From Candidatus Undinarchaeales archaeon (lineage in GTDB: Archaea > SpSt-1190 > JASMDC01): a DNA stretch of 64,000 nucleotides. The notes under the pieces are model-generated. The model made no database searches. It was given only the letters and a program-made list of their open reading frames with translations, and was not told the DNA's origin. Shown here in pieces: positions 29,597-38,802 of this stretch. The position numbers and the translations under genes were made by a program. Location: contig JASMDC010000007.1 of assembly GCA_030753015.1 (NCBI GenBank), positions 1 to 64,000 on the forward strand, in the 5' to 3' direction. Position 1 is the first letter of the stretch. Each line of letters opens with the position of its first letter.

Positions 29597-30763
29597 ATGG
29601 TTGCACTCGACGAAGAGGATTTCAGGGATAAGAACGACACGGAGGACCAGCCGAAGCTGGAAGAAGTCTCCGTGCCATCTTACGGTGCCTCTGAGTACTC
29701 CGTCGACGAGCAGGCCGCCCAAGAGGAAGCGGCCGAGGAACCTGACCTCAAGTGGTACCACAAGTTCGGCAACTATCTCAAGGACCGCTATGAGCACGTC
29801 CAGGACTTCGTCAGCACCGTGGGCGAGACCATGTTCGGCGACGTCCGTGGCCTCACGGGCAACGTGGGCGCGGGTATCGGCGCGTACGTGGGCAGCCACT
29901 TCGGCCCGGGTGGGCTCGTCATCGGGCTAGGGATCGGGGCGCTCACCGGCGCGTACGTGGGCAAGTACCTCAAGAAGGATCTCGGGAACACCGAGTTCGA
30001 CGTCGTCTGCAGCAACCTCAACAAGCAGGACCACACCGACGTGACCGGTACTCTCACGAAGCTCCGGTCCACTCTCCAGTCCAAGGAGGGTACCTGGGAG
30101 ACCAGGCTCGACGTGCTCAAAGAGACCATGTCCAACCTCTATGCTAACATCGACGGCGAGGTGGGCGGCATGGACGAGAGCTTGGGCAAGTCCTTCATCC
30201 TCGACGTGTCAACGGCCCTCAACTACCTCGAGAAGGGCTACCTCGGCTACAAGGCCGAGTCCACCGACGTGCTCCTCGCAGAAAGGGCCAAGGGCTACTC
30301 GTTCGAGGAGAACGTGGACACCTTCAAGGAACTCTACGCGGACGTCGGCGAGCGGCCGCCCTCCGCGCTCCTCTCCACCATTGATGGGATCAACGACTCG
30401 GGCTACTCAGGCATCGGCCAGAACGTCGGCGACCTCTCCACGGTGCTCTACCAGGGCAAGAAGGAGACCACCTACCACCGATGGAGGACGCGTATCGACT
30501 ACCTCAAGTCGGGCATGGGCGGGCTCCGCAAGCACATGGACGCCGCCATCGACGACATCGAGGGCCACGAAAAGGAGGTCAAGAAGCTCTACCTCGACGT
30601 GAGCACCTCACTCAATGTGATGTCCAAGACATACCTCGACAAGCGCGACATGGCCGCCGTCCGGTACGCCGAGCGTTCCACGGGCTACAACTTCGAGCAC
30701 GACGCCAAGGAGTTCCGGGACACCTACGGCGAGAAGGTCGCCGACCTCGGCCTCGAGCTCTGA
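29597..30763 (+). CDS. Acidic glycine-zipper protein with duplicated helical domain
   Basis: GAGIGAYVG...GLGIGALTGAYVG; LDVST.LN...K.YL...AER..GY.FE occurs twice. Confidence 0.75.
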   Translation: MVALDEEDFRDKNDTEDQPKLEEVSVPSYGASEYSVDEQAAQEEAAEEPDLKWYHKFGNYLKDRYEHVQDFVSTVGETMFGDVRGLTGNVGAGIGAYVGSHFGPGGLVIGLGIGALTGAYVGKYLKKDLGNTEFDVVCSNLNKQDHTDVTGTLTKLRSTLQSKEGTWETRLDVLKETMSNLYANIDGEVGGMDESLGKSFILDVSTALNYLEKGYLGYKAESTDVLLAERAKGYSFEENVDTFKELYADVGERPPSALLSTIDGINDSGYSGIGQNVGDLSTVLYQGKKETTYHRWRTRIDYLKSGMGGLRKHMDAAIDDIEGHEKEVKKLYLDVSTSLNVMSKTYLDKRDMAAVRYAERSTGYNFEHDAKEFRDTYGEKVADLGLEL

Positions 30764-30926
30764 GCGTACGTCCGGACCTCTAGGGATCCACTGTCGTAGA
30801 CCGTGCTCTATCTGGATGGTGTAGATCGGACCTATGGACCACCGTGGCCCCGTCCCCTCCACGCTAAACTGTCATCACTCCCCCGTGGCAAAATATAAAA
30901 GGGCACACCTGTCGCCGAACTGTCCG

Positions 30927-31829
30927 ATGTACGGCCCCAGCGCGGACGTCATGGGATGCGAGGAGCTGGTGGACACTCTGGTCTCCTACATCGAGGAGAG
31001 CTTCGGCGTCGAGTACGGCGCCGTCCCCGAGGTCGTGCATGCCAGCATCGCCGACGTCGAGTCGTACGTGCGCGACAGGGACCGCGCTATTACCGGTGTC
31101 GAGCCTGACGCAGCGACGGTGCACGAGCGCGCGAAGCACGTGTACGGGTCCACTTCCGGCATCTACGACGGCATCAACCACCGCGTGCTGGTGATGGACA
31201 ACGCCGCCCGCCCTCAGGTCCTGGACGACCTGGGCCAGGGGATCGAGGTGGACCCCACGACCATGGCGGACCAGGGCGAACTGGTCTACATCCTTGCCCA
31301 CGAGCTGGTCCACGGCTACCAGCGCAATCATGGGGCCCCCTCGGAGCCCGAGCTCATCGTCGCCAGCGCCCGCTCGATACAGCAGGAGAATGGCTCGATC
31401 ACGGGCAGGCTCGCAGGCCTCTTCAGGGCCAACCACATGTCCGAAGGGATGCAGTTGGTGTACGGCGCCCTCCCCGCCCTCACGGTCATCGAGGGACAGG
31501 CCGACTACATGGCCATGGGCGCGCTCCTCGCTCACAAGGACGAGCTGCCCGAGGCCGCGGCCTACGCCGCTCAGAAGTACGTGGAGCAGACCACCGATTC
31601 GGGTGACGGTGACTATCGGACCATGGTCAAGGGCCTTCTGGTGGCCAAGCAGCAGATGGAGGCGGGCAAGGCACCCGAACTCTGCACGTCGCCGCAGTTC
31701 GCCCACGCGCTCAAGGACGCCCAGTACATAATCGGGTTCGACTACATCGCCGAGACGGCACGAGACGAGGGCCACAGCATGGACTGGTTCGTCGAGAACC
31801 TCCCCGACAAGCTAGATGCCTTTCTCTGA
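30927..31829 (+). CDS. Zincin-like metallopeptidase
   Basis: YILAHELVHGYQ plus downstream IEGQADY; leaderless start after TATAAAA. Confidence 0.75.
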   Translation: MYGPSADVMGCEELVDTLVSYIEESFGVEYGAVPEVVHASIADVESYVRDRDRAITGVEPDAATVHERAKHVYGSTSGIYDGINHRVLVMDNAARPQVLDDLGQGIEVDPTTMADQGELVYILAHELVHGYQRNHGAPSEPELIVASARSIQQENGSITGRLAGLFRANHMSEGMQLVYGALPALTVIEGQADYMAMGALLAHKDELPEAAAYAAQKYVEQTTDSGDGDYRTMVKGLLVAKQQMEAGKAPELCTSPQFAHALKDAQYIIGFDYIAETARDEGHSMDWFVENLPDKLDAFL

Positions 31830-31893
31830 ACCGATTGCACTCCGGCGAGCGGTGGACAAAAGCTTTTTAGTACCCAAGGCGTAAGAACGGCCA

Positions 31894-32487
31894 ATGGGGT
31901 ACGACCGGGATGCCGGTCTCGAGCTCATGGAGTCCTATCTGGGCGCTGACGAGCTCGCGACCAAGCTCGAGCACTCGCAGGGCGTTGGTGACTTCGCCTA
32001 TATCGTTGCCGAGCGTATCAGTGAACGGAACCCCGAGCTGGGGCTCGATCCGGAGCTGGTGGGATACCTGGGGTACGTCCACGACATCGGGTACGTCGCC
32101 GGGCCCGAGAAGCACGAGCTCGCTTCCATCGAACTCCTCTTGGCGGAGGGTGTCGATCCAGACATAGCCAGGATGGCCATGCACGGCCAGCTGGCCGAGC
32201 AGTACGGCGAGGCCGAGGGAGACGTCGACCAGTACCTACCGATAGGTCTGGAGGGCATGCTCCTCACCTACGCGGACATGTCCGTGCGCGTGGGCAGGGC
32301 CATCCCCGTCCGGGAGCGCGCGGCCGAGATCGAGGACCGGGTAAACGGCCTCCCTATCCCGCAGGACATCAAGGACACCATCATCGAGAACCTCCACAAG
32401 GCGATGCCGCGGTTCGAGCGGTACGAGGAGGCCATGCTGGCGCTGGCCGGTGCGGACTCGGTGGACGACTTCTACGACGAGCGTTGA
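31894..32487 (+). CDS. HD-domain phosphohydrolase
   Basis: HS..V, VHDIG, H, LTYAD. Confidence 0.85.
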   Translation: MGYDRDAGLELMESYLGADELATKLEHSQGVGDFAYIVAERISERNPELGLDPELVGYLGYVHDIGYVAGPEKHELASIELLLAEGVDPDIARMAMHGQLAEQYGEAEGDVDQYLPIGLEGMLLTYADMSVRVGRAIPVRERAAEIEDRVNGLPIPQDIKDTIIENLHKAMPRFERYEEAMLALAGADSVDDFYDER

Positions 32488-32545
32488 ACCTTACTTTCCG
32501 TGGCTCCGGGCCCTACGTCCAGCAGTCCCGGCGATCTGCGGAAGG

Positions 32546-33154
32546 TCAGATCACGGAGAGGAGGAAGATGACGCACACGAGCCATCCGACACCTGCCGCG
32601 AGGATACTTATCGACCTCTTGATGGCCGAGCAGGCCAAGATCGTAAGCGGTAGACTGAGGATCGGACCTACCACACCCACGCCGAGGCCCATGTACGCGG
32701 CGTGCCTCGTCGATTCGCCTTGCACCTTCATCAGGCCCGCGAAGCTCAGGGACAGCGCCAGGAACAGACCGACCGTACTGACCCAGCGGGCGTTCTCGAA
32801 GACGGCCTGATAGAACAACCGCAGACCGTCGCCGAGCTTGTCCAGGAAGAGCGCCTGCCGGATCCAGCCGATGATATCGGAGTGCAGACGTATGATGTGG
32901 TAGCGATGGTCGTTGTAGGTGACGCTTCCCACGATCTCGCTCGAGTTCATCTCGATCGCCAGGTCCCTGAGCGTCCTGATTATGTACTTCGTTGCAGGCA
33001 CCTTGTACTTGTAGCTACCGACGGCACCGGAGGGGTAATAGAACTCTGACGAGCCCTCGAACTCCATGATGACCTCGGTCCCGTTCACGTCATCGGGCGG
33101 ATCGAGCGAGGAGACGATGAAGGTCTGGAACGCGTGCCTGAGAACAGATGTCAT
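32546..33154 (-). CDS. Hypothetical membrane protein
   Basis: Three C-terminal TM helices; N-terminus uncertain. Confidence 0.55.
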   Translation of the reverse strand: MTSVLRHAFQTFIVSSLDPPDDVNGTEVIMEFEGSSEFYYPSGAVGSYKYKVPATKYIIRTLRDLAIEMNSSEIVGSVTYNDHRYHIIRLHSDIIGWIRQALFLDKLGDGLRLFYQAVFENARWVSTVGLFLALSLSFAGLMKVQGESTRHAAYMGLGVGVVGPILSLPLTILACSAIKRSISILAAGVGWLVCVIFLLSVI

Positions 33155-33287
33155 CCACGCGCCTTCCTTCTTTCCGTCGCCTTATCATCCAAAGCCTGAG
33201 CTTAGCAAGATCACGCTTCATAACTTACCACAGGAAAAAAAGAGAGACTCAACATCAAGAATGTCCAACATGTGGTGAGGAACTACA

Positions 33288-34175
33288 CTAGCGCCGGTAG
33301 TACTTGTCTGCGATCGGCATGTCGTCACCCTTCCGGATGAACGTCCCCGCCCGCAGCTGGGCGAACGCCGTGTCCAGCTCCTTTTGTGTGTTCATCACGA
33401 TGGGGCCGCGCCAGGCCACCGGCTCGTCCAGGGGCGGACCGGAGGCGAGCAGGAACCTGATGCCCTCCCCGCTGGCCGTGACCTCGACCGCGCCGCCGTC
33501 ACCCAGGACGACCAGATGCTCGGTGCCGACGCGCAGCTCCTCGGGCCCGAACTGTCCACCGCCCTCGAAGACGTACGCGACGACCTTGTGACCGAGTGGG
33601 ATGGTGCGCTCGAACAGCACGCCCGGGGGTACCGTGACGTCGATGTACTCCACGGGGACGACGAGGTCCTCGACGGGGCCGCGTGTGCCTTCCACCTCTC
33701 CTGCTATGACCTTTACTGTGATGCCGTCGTCGAGTTTGACGGTGGGGATGGTCGCCGCCAGCACGTCCCGGTACCGCGGTTCCATCATCTTCTCGGCCCG
33801 CGGGAGGTTCACCCAGAGCTGGAACCCGCGCATGGTGCCCTCGTAGCGCTGGGGCATCTCCTGATGGATGATGCCGCCACCAGCGGTCATCCACTGGACG
33901 TCGCCCGATCCGATGACGCCCTCGTTCCCGATGCTGTCGCCGTGCTCGACGGCCCCCTCAAGGACATAGGTCACGGTCTCGATGCCGCGGTGGGGGTGCC
34001 AGGGGAACCCTGCCATGTAGTCGTCCGGGTCGTCGGAGCCGAAGTGGTCGAGCAGGAGGAACGGATCGACGTTGGGGACCTCGTGGAAGCCGAACACGCG
34101 CTTGAGCCGGACACCCGCGCCCTCGATGGTAGGCCTGCTCCGGGAGATGTAGGTGACGGGTCGTGGACCGCTCAT
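33288..34175 (-). CDS. Pirin-family protein
   Basis: DPFLLLDH, GFPWHPHRGIETVTY, MTAG.GI.HQE, QLWVNLP. Confidence 0.95.
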   Translation of the reverse strand: MSGPRPVTYISRSRPTIEGAGVRLKRVFGFHEVPNVDPFLLLDHFGSDDPDDYMAGFPWHPHRGIETVTYVLEGAVEHGDSIGNEGVIGSGDVQWMTAGGGIIHQEMPQRYEGTMRGFQLWVNLPRAEKMMEPRYRDVLAATIPTVKLDDGITVKVIAGEVEGTRGPVEDLVVPVEYIDVTVPPGVLFERTIPLGHKVVAYVFEGGGQFGPEELRVGTEHLVVLGDGGAVEVTASGEGIRFLLASGPPLDEPVAWRGPIVMNTQKELDTAFAQLRAGTFIRKGDDMPIADKYYRR

Positions 34176-34182
34176 GGTGTCC

Positions 34183-34389
34183 TTATAGGCCGCTCGATTT
34201 TAAAATCTCTTTGACCCTGCCCACCTGGCCGTCGCGCAGGCGGACCTTGATACCGTGGGGATGAGTGGGCGAGCCTGTGAGGATGTCCTTGACCACGCCC
34301 TCGGTGAGCTTCCCGGACCGCTGGTCCTTCTTGAGCACGATCCGGACGGTGATGCCCGGGCGGATGTCCTTGCGGTGGCGTCCGTCCAT
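34183..34389 (-). CDS. YwbE/DUF2196-family protein
   Basis: IVLKKDQRSGKLTEGVVKDILT.S..HPHGIKVRL.DGQVGRV. Confidence 0.9.
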   Translation of the reverse strand: MDGRHRKDIRPGITVRIVLKKDQRSGKLTEGVVKDILTGSPTHPHGIKVRLRDGQVGRVKEILKSSGL

Positions 34390-34462
34390 GGTGACCAGTA
34401 GGAGGCCAAAGGCATGAGTTAAAACCTTAACGCATCGATACGCTCGACAGAGGAGACGTCCC

Positions 34463-35176
34463 ATGTCCGAGCACCTCACCGTCCTTGCCATGACGGCCGC
34501 GTCCCTGGGATTCCTCCACACCCTGTTCGGTCCCGACCACTACCTGCCCTTCCTCGTGATGTCGAAGGCACGGGGCTGGTCGCGCACGCGCACGCTGGGC
34601 ATCACCGCACTCTGCGGTCTGGGGCACGTCCTCGGCTCATTGATGCTGGGCGCCGTGGGCATCGCTGCTGGCCTTGCGGTGTCGCGTATGGAGGTCCTCG
34701 AGGGCGTCAGGGGCGACCTTGCGGCATGGGCGCTCATCGCATTAGGGTTCGTCTACGCCGCGTGGGGCCTCAAGCAGGCGTTCCGCGACCGTACGCACGA
34801 GCACGCCCACGCTCACGTCGGCGGCGTGGAGCACGAGCACGTCCATACACACCACCAAGCGCACACGCATGCGCACCTGGGCACAGACGCCGCCGATGTG
34901 ACGCCGTGGGTGCTGTTCACTGTGTTCGTCCTGGGCCCGTGCGAGCCTCTCATCCCCCTCCTCATGGTGCCTGCCGCACAGCAGAGCCTGTTCGGTATCA
35001 TCGTGGTGACGGCCATATTCTCGGTGGTCACCATCATCACCATGCTCTGCACGGTATCGCTGGGCCTGGCCGGCGTGGACCGTCTCCCACTGGGCCAGCT
35101 CGAGCGCTTCGGCCACGCAATCGCAGGTACCACCATCGGCCTGTGCGGCGCGAGTATCGTGTTCCTTGGGCTGTAG
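34463..35176 (+). CDS. Ni/Co transporter-like membrane protein (NiCoT/UreH/RcnA-like)
   Basis: HTLFGPDHYLPF, His-rich loop, GPCEPLIP. Confidence 0.8.
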   Translation: MSEHLTVLAMTAASLGFLHTLFGPDHYLPFLVMSKARGWSRTRTLGITALCGLGHVLGSLMLGAVGIAAGLAVSRMEVLEGVRGDLAAWALIALGFVYAAWGLKQAFRDRTHEHAHAHVGGVEHEHVHTHHQAHTHAHLGTDAADVTPWVLFTVFVLGPCEPLIPLLMVPAAQQSLFGIIVVTAIFSVVTIITMLCTVSLGLAGVDRLPLGQLERFGHAIAGTTIGLCGASIVFLGL

Positions 35177-35287
35177 GATCTCACGGACGGGCGCCCCTTA
35201 CCGCGTTCTGGAAGTGACAGCGACGACGGACGGCCGCCCCTTCATGACAATTTATAAACATGCGGTCATCCCCGTGCACCCATAGCG

Positions 35288-36310
35288 ATGGTGGAAGGAG
35301 AGCGGTCGGCGGACCATGACCATTCCCACGGGCATGACCATGATCACGGGCACGCCCACATCCATGGCGTGGTGGACCCGACCATCCTCACCACCGAGCG
35401 GGGCATCTGGGCAGTGAAGTGGTCGTTCGCTGGTCTCTTCGCCACGGCCCTCCTCCAGGTGGTCGTTGTCGTCCTCTCCGGGAGCGTCGCGCTGATGGCG
35501 GACACCATCCACAACATCGGCGACGCTGCCACGGCCATCCCTCTGTGGGTGGCGTTCCGGCTCCAGCAGCGGAAGCCCTCGCGTGTTTACACCTACGGGC
35601 TGGGCCGCGTGGAGGACCTGGCCGGTGTTGCCATCGTGCTCACTATTCTTGCAAGCGCCCTCATCGCCGGGTACGAGGCCGTGGACCGGCTCCTCCATCC
35701 ACAGGAGATCGCGTACCTCGGGGCCGTCGTGGTGGCCTCTGTAGTAGGGTTCATAGGCAACGAGCTGGTCGCCGTGTTCCGCATCAGGATCGGACAGGAG
35801 ATCGGCTCAGCGGCCCTTGTGGCCGACGGCCATCACGCCCGCGTGGACGGGCTGACGAGCCTTGCTGTCCTCCTCGGCGCCATCGGCGTGTGGATGGGAT
35901 ACCCCATGGCCGATCCCCTGATCGGGCTTGTCATCACCATAGCCATCCTCCGCATCGTGTGGGACTCGGGGCGAACGGTGCTCCGCCGGATGCTCGACGG
36001 CATCGATCCGGAGGTGCTCGACGAGCTGGAAGAGGTTGCGTGCCGGACCAAGGGCATCAGTGACGTGACCGAGGTCCGGGTGCGGTGGCTCGGCCACCGA
36101 CTCCTTGCCGAGATCAACATCACCGTCAACCCCGAGCTCTCCGTCAGCGATGGGCATGCCATCGCCACCGAGGTGCGCCACCGTCTTCTCCACAAGCTGC
36201 GCTACTTCTCCGACGCCACCATCCATGTGGACCCAGCTACCGCTTCAGGCGAGGTGCACCATTGCGTGGACCAGCATGAGCACGACGACCTGCCCCCGCA
36301 CGCCCACTGA
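35288..36310 (+). CDS. Cation diffusion facilitator transporter
   Basis: His-rich N-terminus, SVALMADTIHN.GD, ADGHHARVD, IHVDP. Confidence 0.92.
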   Translation: MVEGERSADHDHSHGHDHDHGHAHIHGVVDPTILTTERGIWAVKWSFAGLFATALLQVVVVVLSGSVALMADTIHNIGDAATAIPLWVAFRLQQRKPSRVYTYGLGRVEDLAGVAIVLTILASALIAGYEAVDRLLHPQEIAYLGAVVVASVVGFIGNELVAVFRIRIGQEIGSAALVADGHHARVDGLTSLAVLLGAIGVWMGYPMADPLIGLVITIAILRIVWDSGRTVLRRMLDGIDPEVLDELEEVACRTKGISDVTEVRVRWLGHRLLAEINITVNPELSVSDGHAIATEVRHRLLHKLRYFSDATIHVDPATASGEVHHCVDQHEHDDLPPHAH

Positions 36311-36484
36311 GGCTGGACGGCCTTCATCCGACGCTAGTCCGCCGGCTTGTAGGCACGGACGTTGGCGCAGAGGGCGAGCTCGTGGCCCGTGCGCGCGTTG
36401 CGCATCTGCAAGATCTTCTACGACATGGACGAGATGAACACCTGCTGCAAGGGCGACTTCTAGGCCATCGCCCGATCACGTCCG

Positions 36485-36802
36485 TCACTCAGCGATCCTG
36501 TCGATCAAGTGGCGCAGCGCCAATACAGGGTGATGGAGCAGCATGCGCGGCCCCGAGTACCGCATGACCTCCCTGATCATCGATCGCTCCGGCTCACTGT
36601 AACAATGGATCGTACAATTGGCGCACGTGGGCTTTCTCTCCTTGTTCGGGCAATGGGTGAGCCGGTCGTCCGTGTAGGCAAGAAGGGAACGGCATTCATC
36701 GCACAGACTGCCCTTTGGATGATGGTTCTTCCGACAGTAGAGGACGATCATCGCTTCCACGGTCTCACCTTCTCTTCGTATCCGGGGATGTTCACAGGCC
36801 AT
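36485..36802 (-). CDS. YgbA / nitrous oxide-stimulated promoter family protein
   Basis: MI.LYC..H....LC.EC..L..Y...RL..CP....KPTC..C.IHCY...MRYSGPRML.HHP. Confidence 0.88.
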   Translation of the reverse strand: MACEHPRIRREGETVEAMIVLYCRKNHHPKGSLCDECRSLLAYTDDRLTHCPNKERKPTCANCTIHCYSEPERSMIREVMRYSGPRMLLHHPVLALRHLIDRIAE

Positions 36803-36948
36803 TGGGACGCCTGCTGTGGTCGAAAGGCAGTAATAAATATCGCTCGTACTGATAATAAAATGGGATCTTGCTAAGAGGAGCAGGTTCTTTCTGCTTGTTA
36901 GCAGGTGAGTTAAAAGCCCGTCCGAGGCTTCAACAGTATCAAACTAAC

Positions 36949-38214
36949 TCACTCGTTCACGTTGAACCAGTTCTCCACCAGCGCCACATCGCCCCCCGTC
37001 TGTCCCGTCCCGTACACGACGATGCGCTCACCGTCGCGCAGCACGGCCGCCACGGGAGCGTACCCCTTTTCTGCAAGGTACGCCTCTGTAGCGTACGGCG
37101 GCTCCCACGCCTGATCGGAAACGGCCACGTGCGTCACTCCGTACTTATCGATGATCGGATCCACGTACACCTCGTCCGGCAGCCACCGCGCAGGCAACCT
37201 CCCATAATAACTCAGGGGCACCCATACGTCAGATAGTACCACTCCCGGCCGGAGATCGGCGACGACCAGTGCTGCTGCCGCCCGTGCCGGGAAGCCCGTC
37301 CCGACCATCCCCAGTGCAGCATGACCGTACCACGCCTGCAACAGGAGAGCGATGGCAATAGCTGGACGTCCGAGCCGGGAGAGCCCCCCCGAGGCGAGCA
37401 CGAGCGCCGCGGGAGCGACGACCATGAGGTAGCGCGCTTCCTTGTTGGCGTTGAGCGTCAGCAGCGCTATCACGAGCACTACGACCACCGGTACGACATC
37501 CCTGCGCCGGGTGAGGACGGCTGCGAGCACAGCGGGCCCTAGAGCGGGCGCCAGCTGCCCGACATAGAACATGACCGGCATCCGTGGCATCCTCTGTTGC
37601 TGCACGATCTTCGCGGTGACCGCATGCAGCGGATCGCCGAACCGGGAATAGTTGGCCGCAAGCCATGGCAGGAGCGCCAGGCCCACCACCAGGGCGATGA
37701 CCGGTACCGTCCGCCGTCGGCAGAGCGCCAGCAGCACCACGCCGGCAGGGTACCGGAACAGCACGGCCACCGCGCCCAGTATCACCCCCAGCCGCTCGTC
37801 GCGGTCCCATGCTGCCAGCGCGGCCGTGACCAGACCGGCCGTTGCGATATCGGCCTGCACCTGACCACCGTAGAGGAGCACCAGCGGGCACAATCCCACC
37901 AGCAGAACGGAGAGGATCGCTCCCTCGCGACCCCCCTCCCGCCGCGCCAGTACGGCAGCGGCCGCCATTGGCAGCACCAGGAGCGCCAGCGCAGATAACC
38001 TGAGCACAAGCAGGCTCCGCCCGCACACGCTCTGCACGGCCGCGAGCAGCGCGGGCATCCCCGGAGGTCGGATCCACTCGTAGTAGGCGCCCTCGCCCGC
38101 CATCATCCGGGCGTTGGAGAGGAACGCAAGCGCGTCCCACCCGGGAATAGAAGCGAAGGTCTGCGGCAGCTGGAGCAGGACCAGCAAGCCGATGAGCAGC
38201 GGGAGCGCTCTCAA
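36949..38214 (-). CDS. GT-C (ArnT/PMT-like) glycosyltransferase
   Basis: WD...F..NAR, RPPG.P, KEARYL, many TMs; TTGA overlap with upstream gene. Confidence 0.75.
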   Translation of the reverse strand: MRALPLLIGLLVLLQLPQTFASIPGWDALAFLSNARMMAGEGAYYEWIRPPGMPALLAAVQSVCGRSLLVLRLSALALLVLPMAAAAVLARREGGREGAILSVLLVGLCPLVLLYGGQVQADIATAGLVTAALAAWDRDERLGVILGAVAVLFRYPAGVVLLALCRRRTVPVIALVVGLALLPWLAANYSRFGDPLHAVTAKIVQQQRMPRMPVMFYVGQLAPALGPAVLAAVLTRRRDVVPVVVVLVIALLTLNANKEARYLMVVAPAALVLASGGLSRLGRPAIAIALLLQAWYGHAALGMVGTGFPARAAAALVVADLRPGVVLSDVWVPLSYYGRLPARWLPDEVYVDPIIDKYGVTHVAVSDQAWEPPYATEAYLAEKGYAPVAAVLRDGERIVVYGTGQTGGDVALVENWFNVNE

Positions 38215-38717
38215 GCCTCTTCCAGTCCGGAGAGCAGCGTGCTCATGAACTCGGGCAGTGCCTTGACATCGGTGGCGGTGACGATGCGCTCGTCAGATTC
38301 CACCGCGAGCCCGGTGTAGTCGGCCCCGGCGTTGATGATGTCGTCCTTGATGGAGAGGAACCCGGTGATCTTCTTGTTGGTGACGATGCCTGCCGAGATG
38401 AGCACCTGTGGCCCGTGGCAGATGGCCGCGATCCGGCCGCCGTGCTCGTACACCTGTGCTACCAGCTCGAGCACTTTCTGGCTCCGGCGCAGGCGGTCGG
38501 GGGCGTACCCGCCGGGGACCACGAGCACCTGGTACTTCTTGAGCAGCGCCTCCTCCACCGTTGTGTCGGCCCTGAGGATGAGCTTGTTCTTGGACGAGAA
38601 CTCTCCGGTCCGGACGGCGACCACGTCGACATCGAACCCGGCCTCGATCAGGCGGTAGTAGGGGTAGATGAACTCGGCGGCATCGACCCCGTCGTCAAGT
38701 AGTACAGCAGCGAGCAT
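38211..38717 (-). CDS. pfpI: PfpI/DJ-1 family protease or deglycase
   Basis: E..YPYYRL, VPGG.APD.LR, AAICHGP. Confidence 0.88.
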   Translation of the reverse strand: MLAAVLLDDGVDAAEFIYPYYRLIEAGFDVDVVAVRTGEFSSKNKLILRADTTVEEALLKKYQVLVVPGGYAPDRLRRSQKVLELVAQVYEHGGRIAAICHGPQVLISAGIVTNKKITGFLSIKDDIINAGADYTGLAVESDERIVTATDVKALPEFMSTLLSGLEEA

Positions 38718-38802
38718 GATTGTTCCTCCCGGTAGAATGACCTACCTAAATCTTAAAAGACTATTCCAAGACCGGGCGGGGCCCGGGTGGTGAGGTTCTA
38801 TC

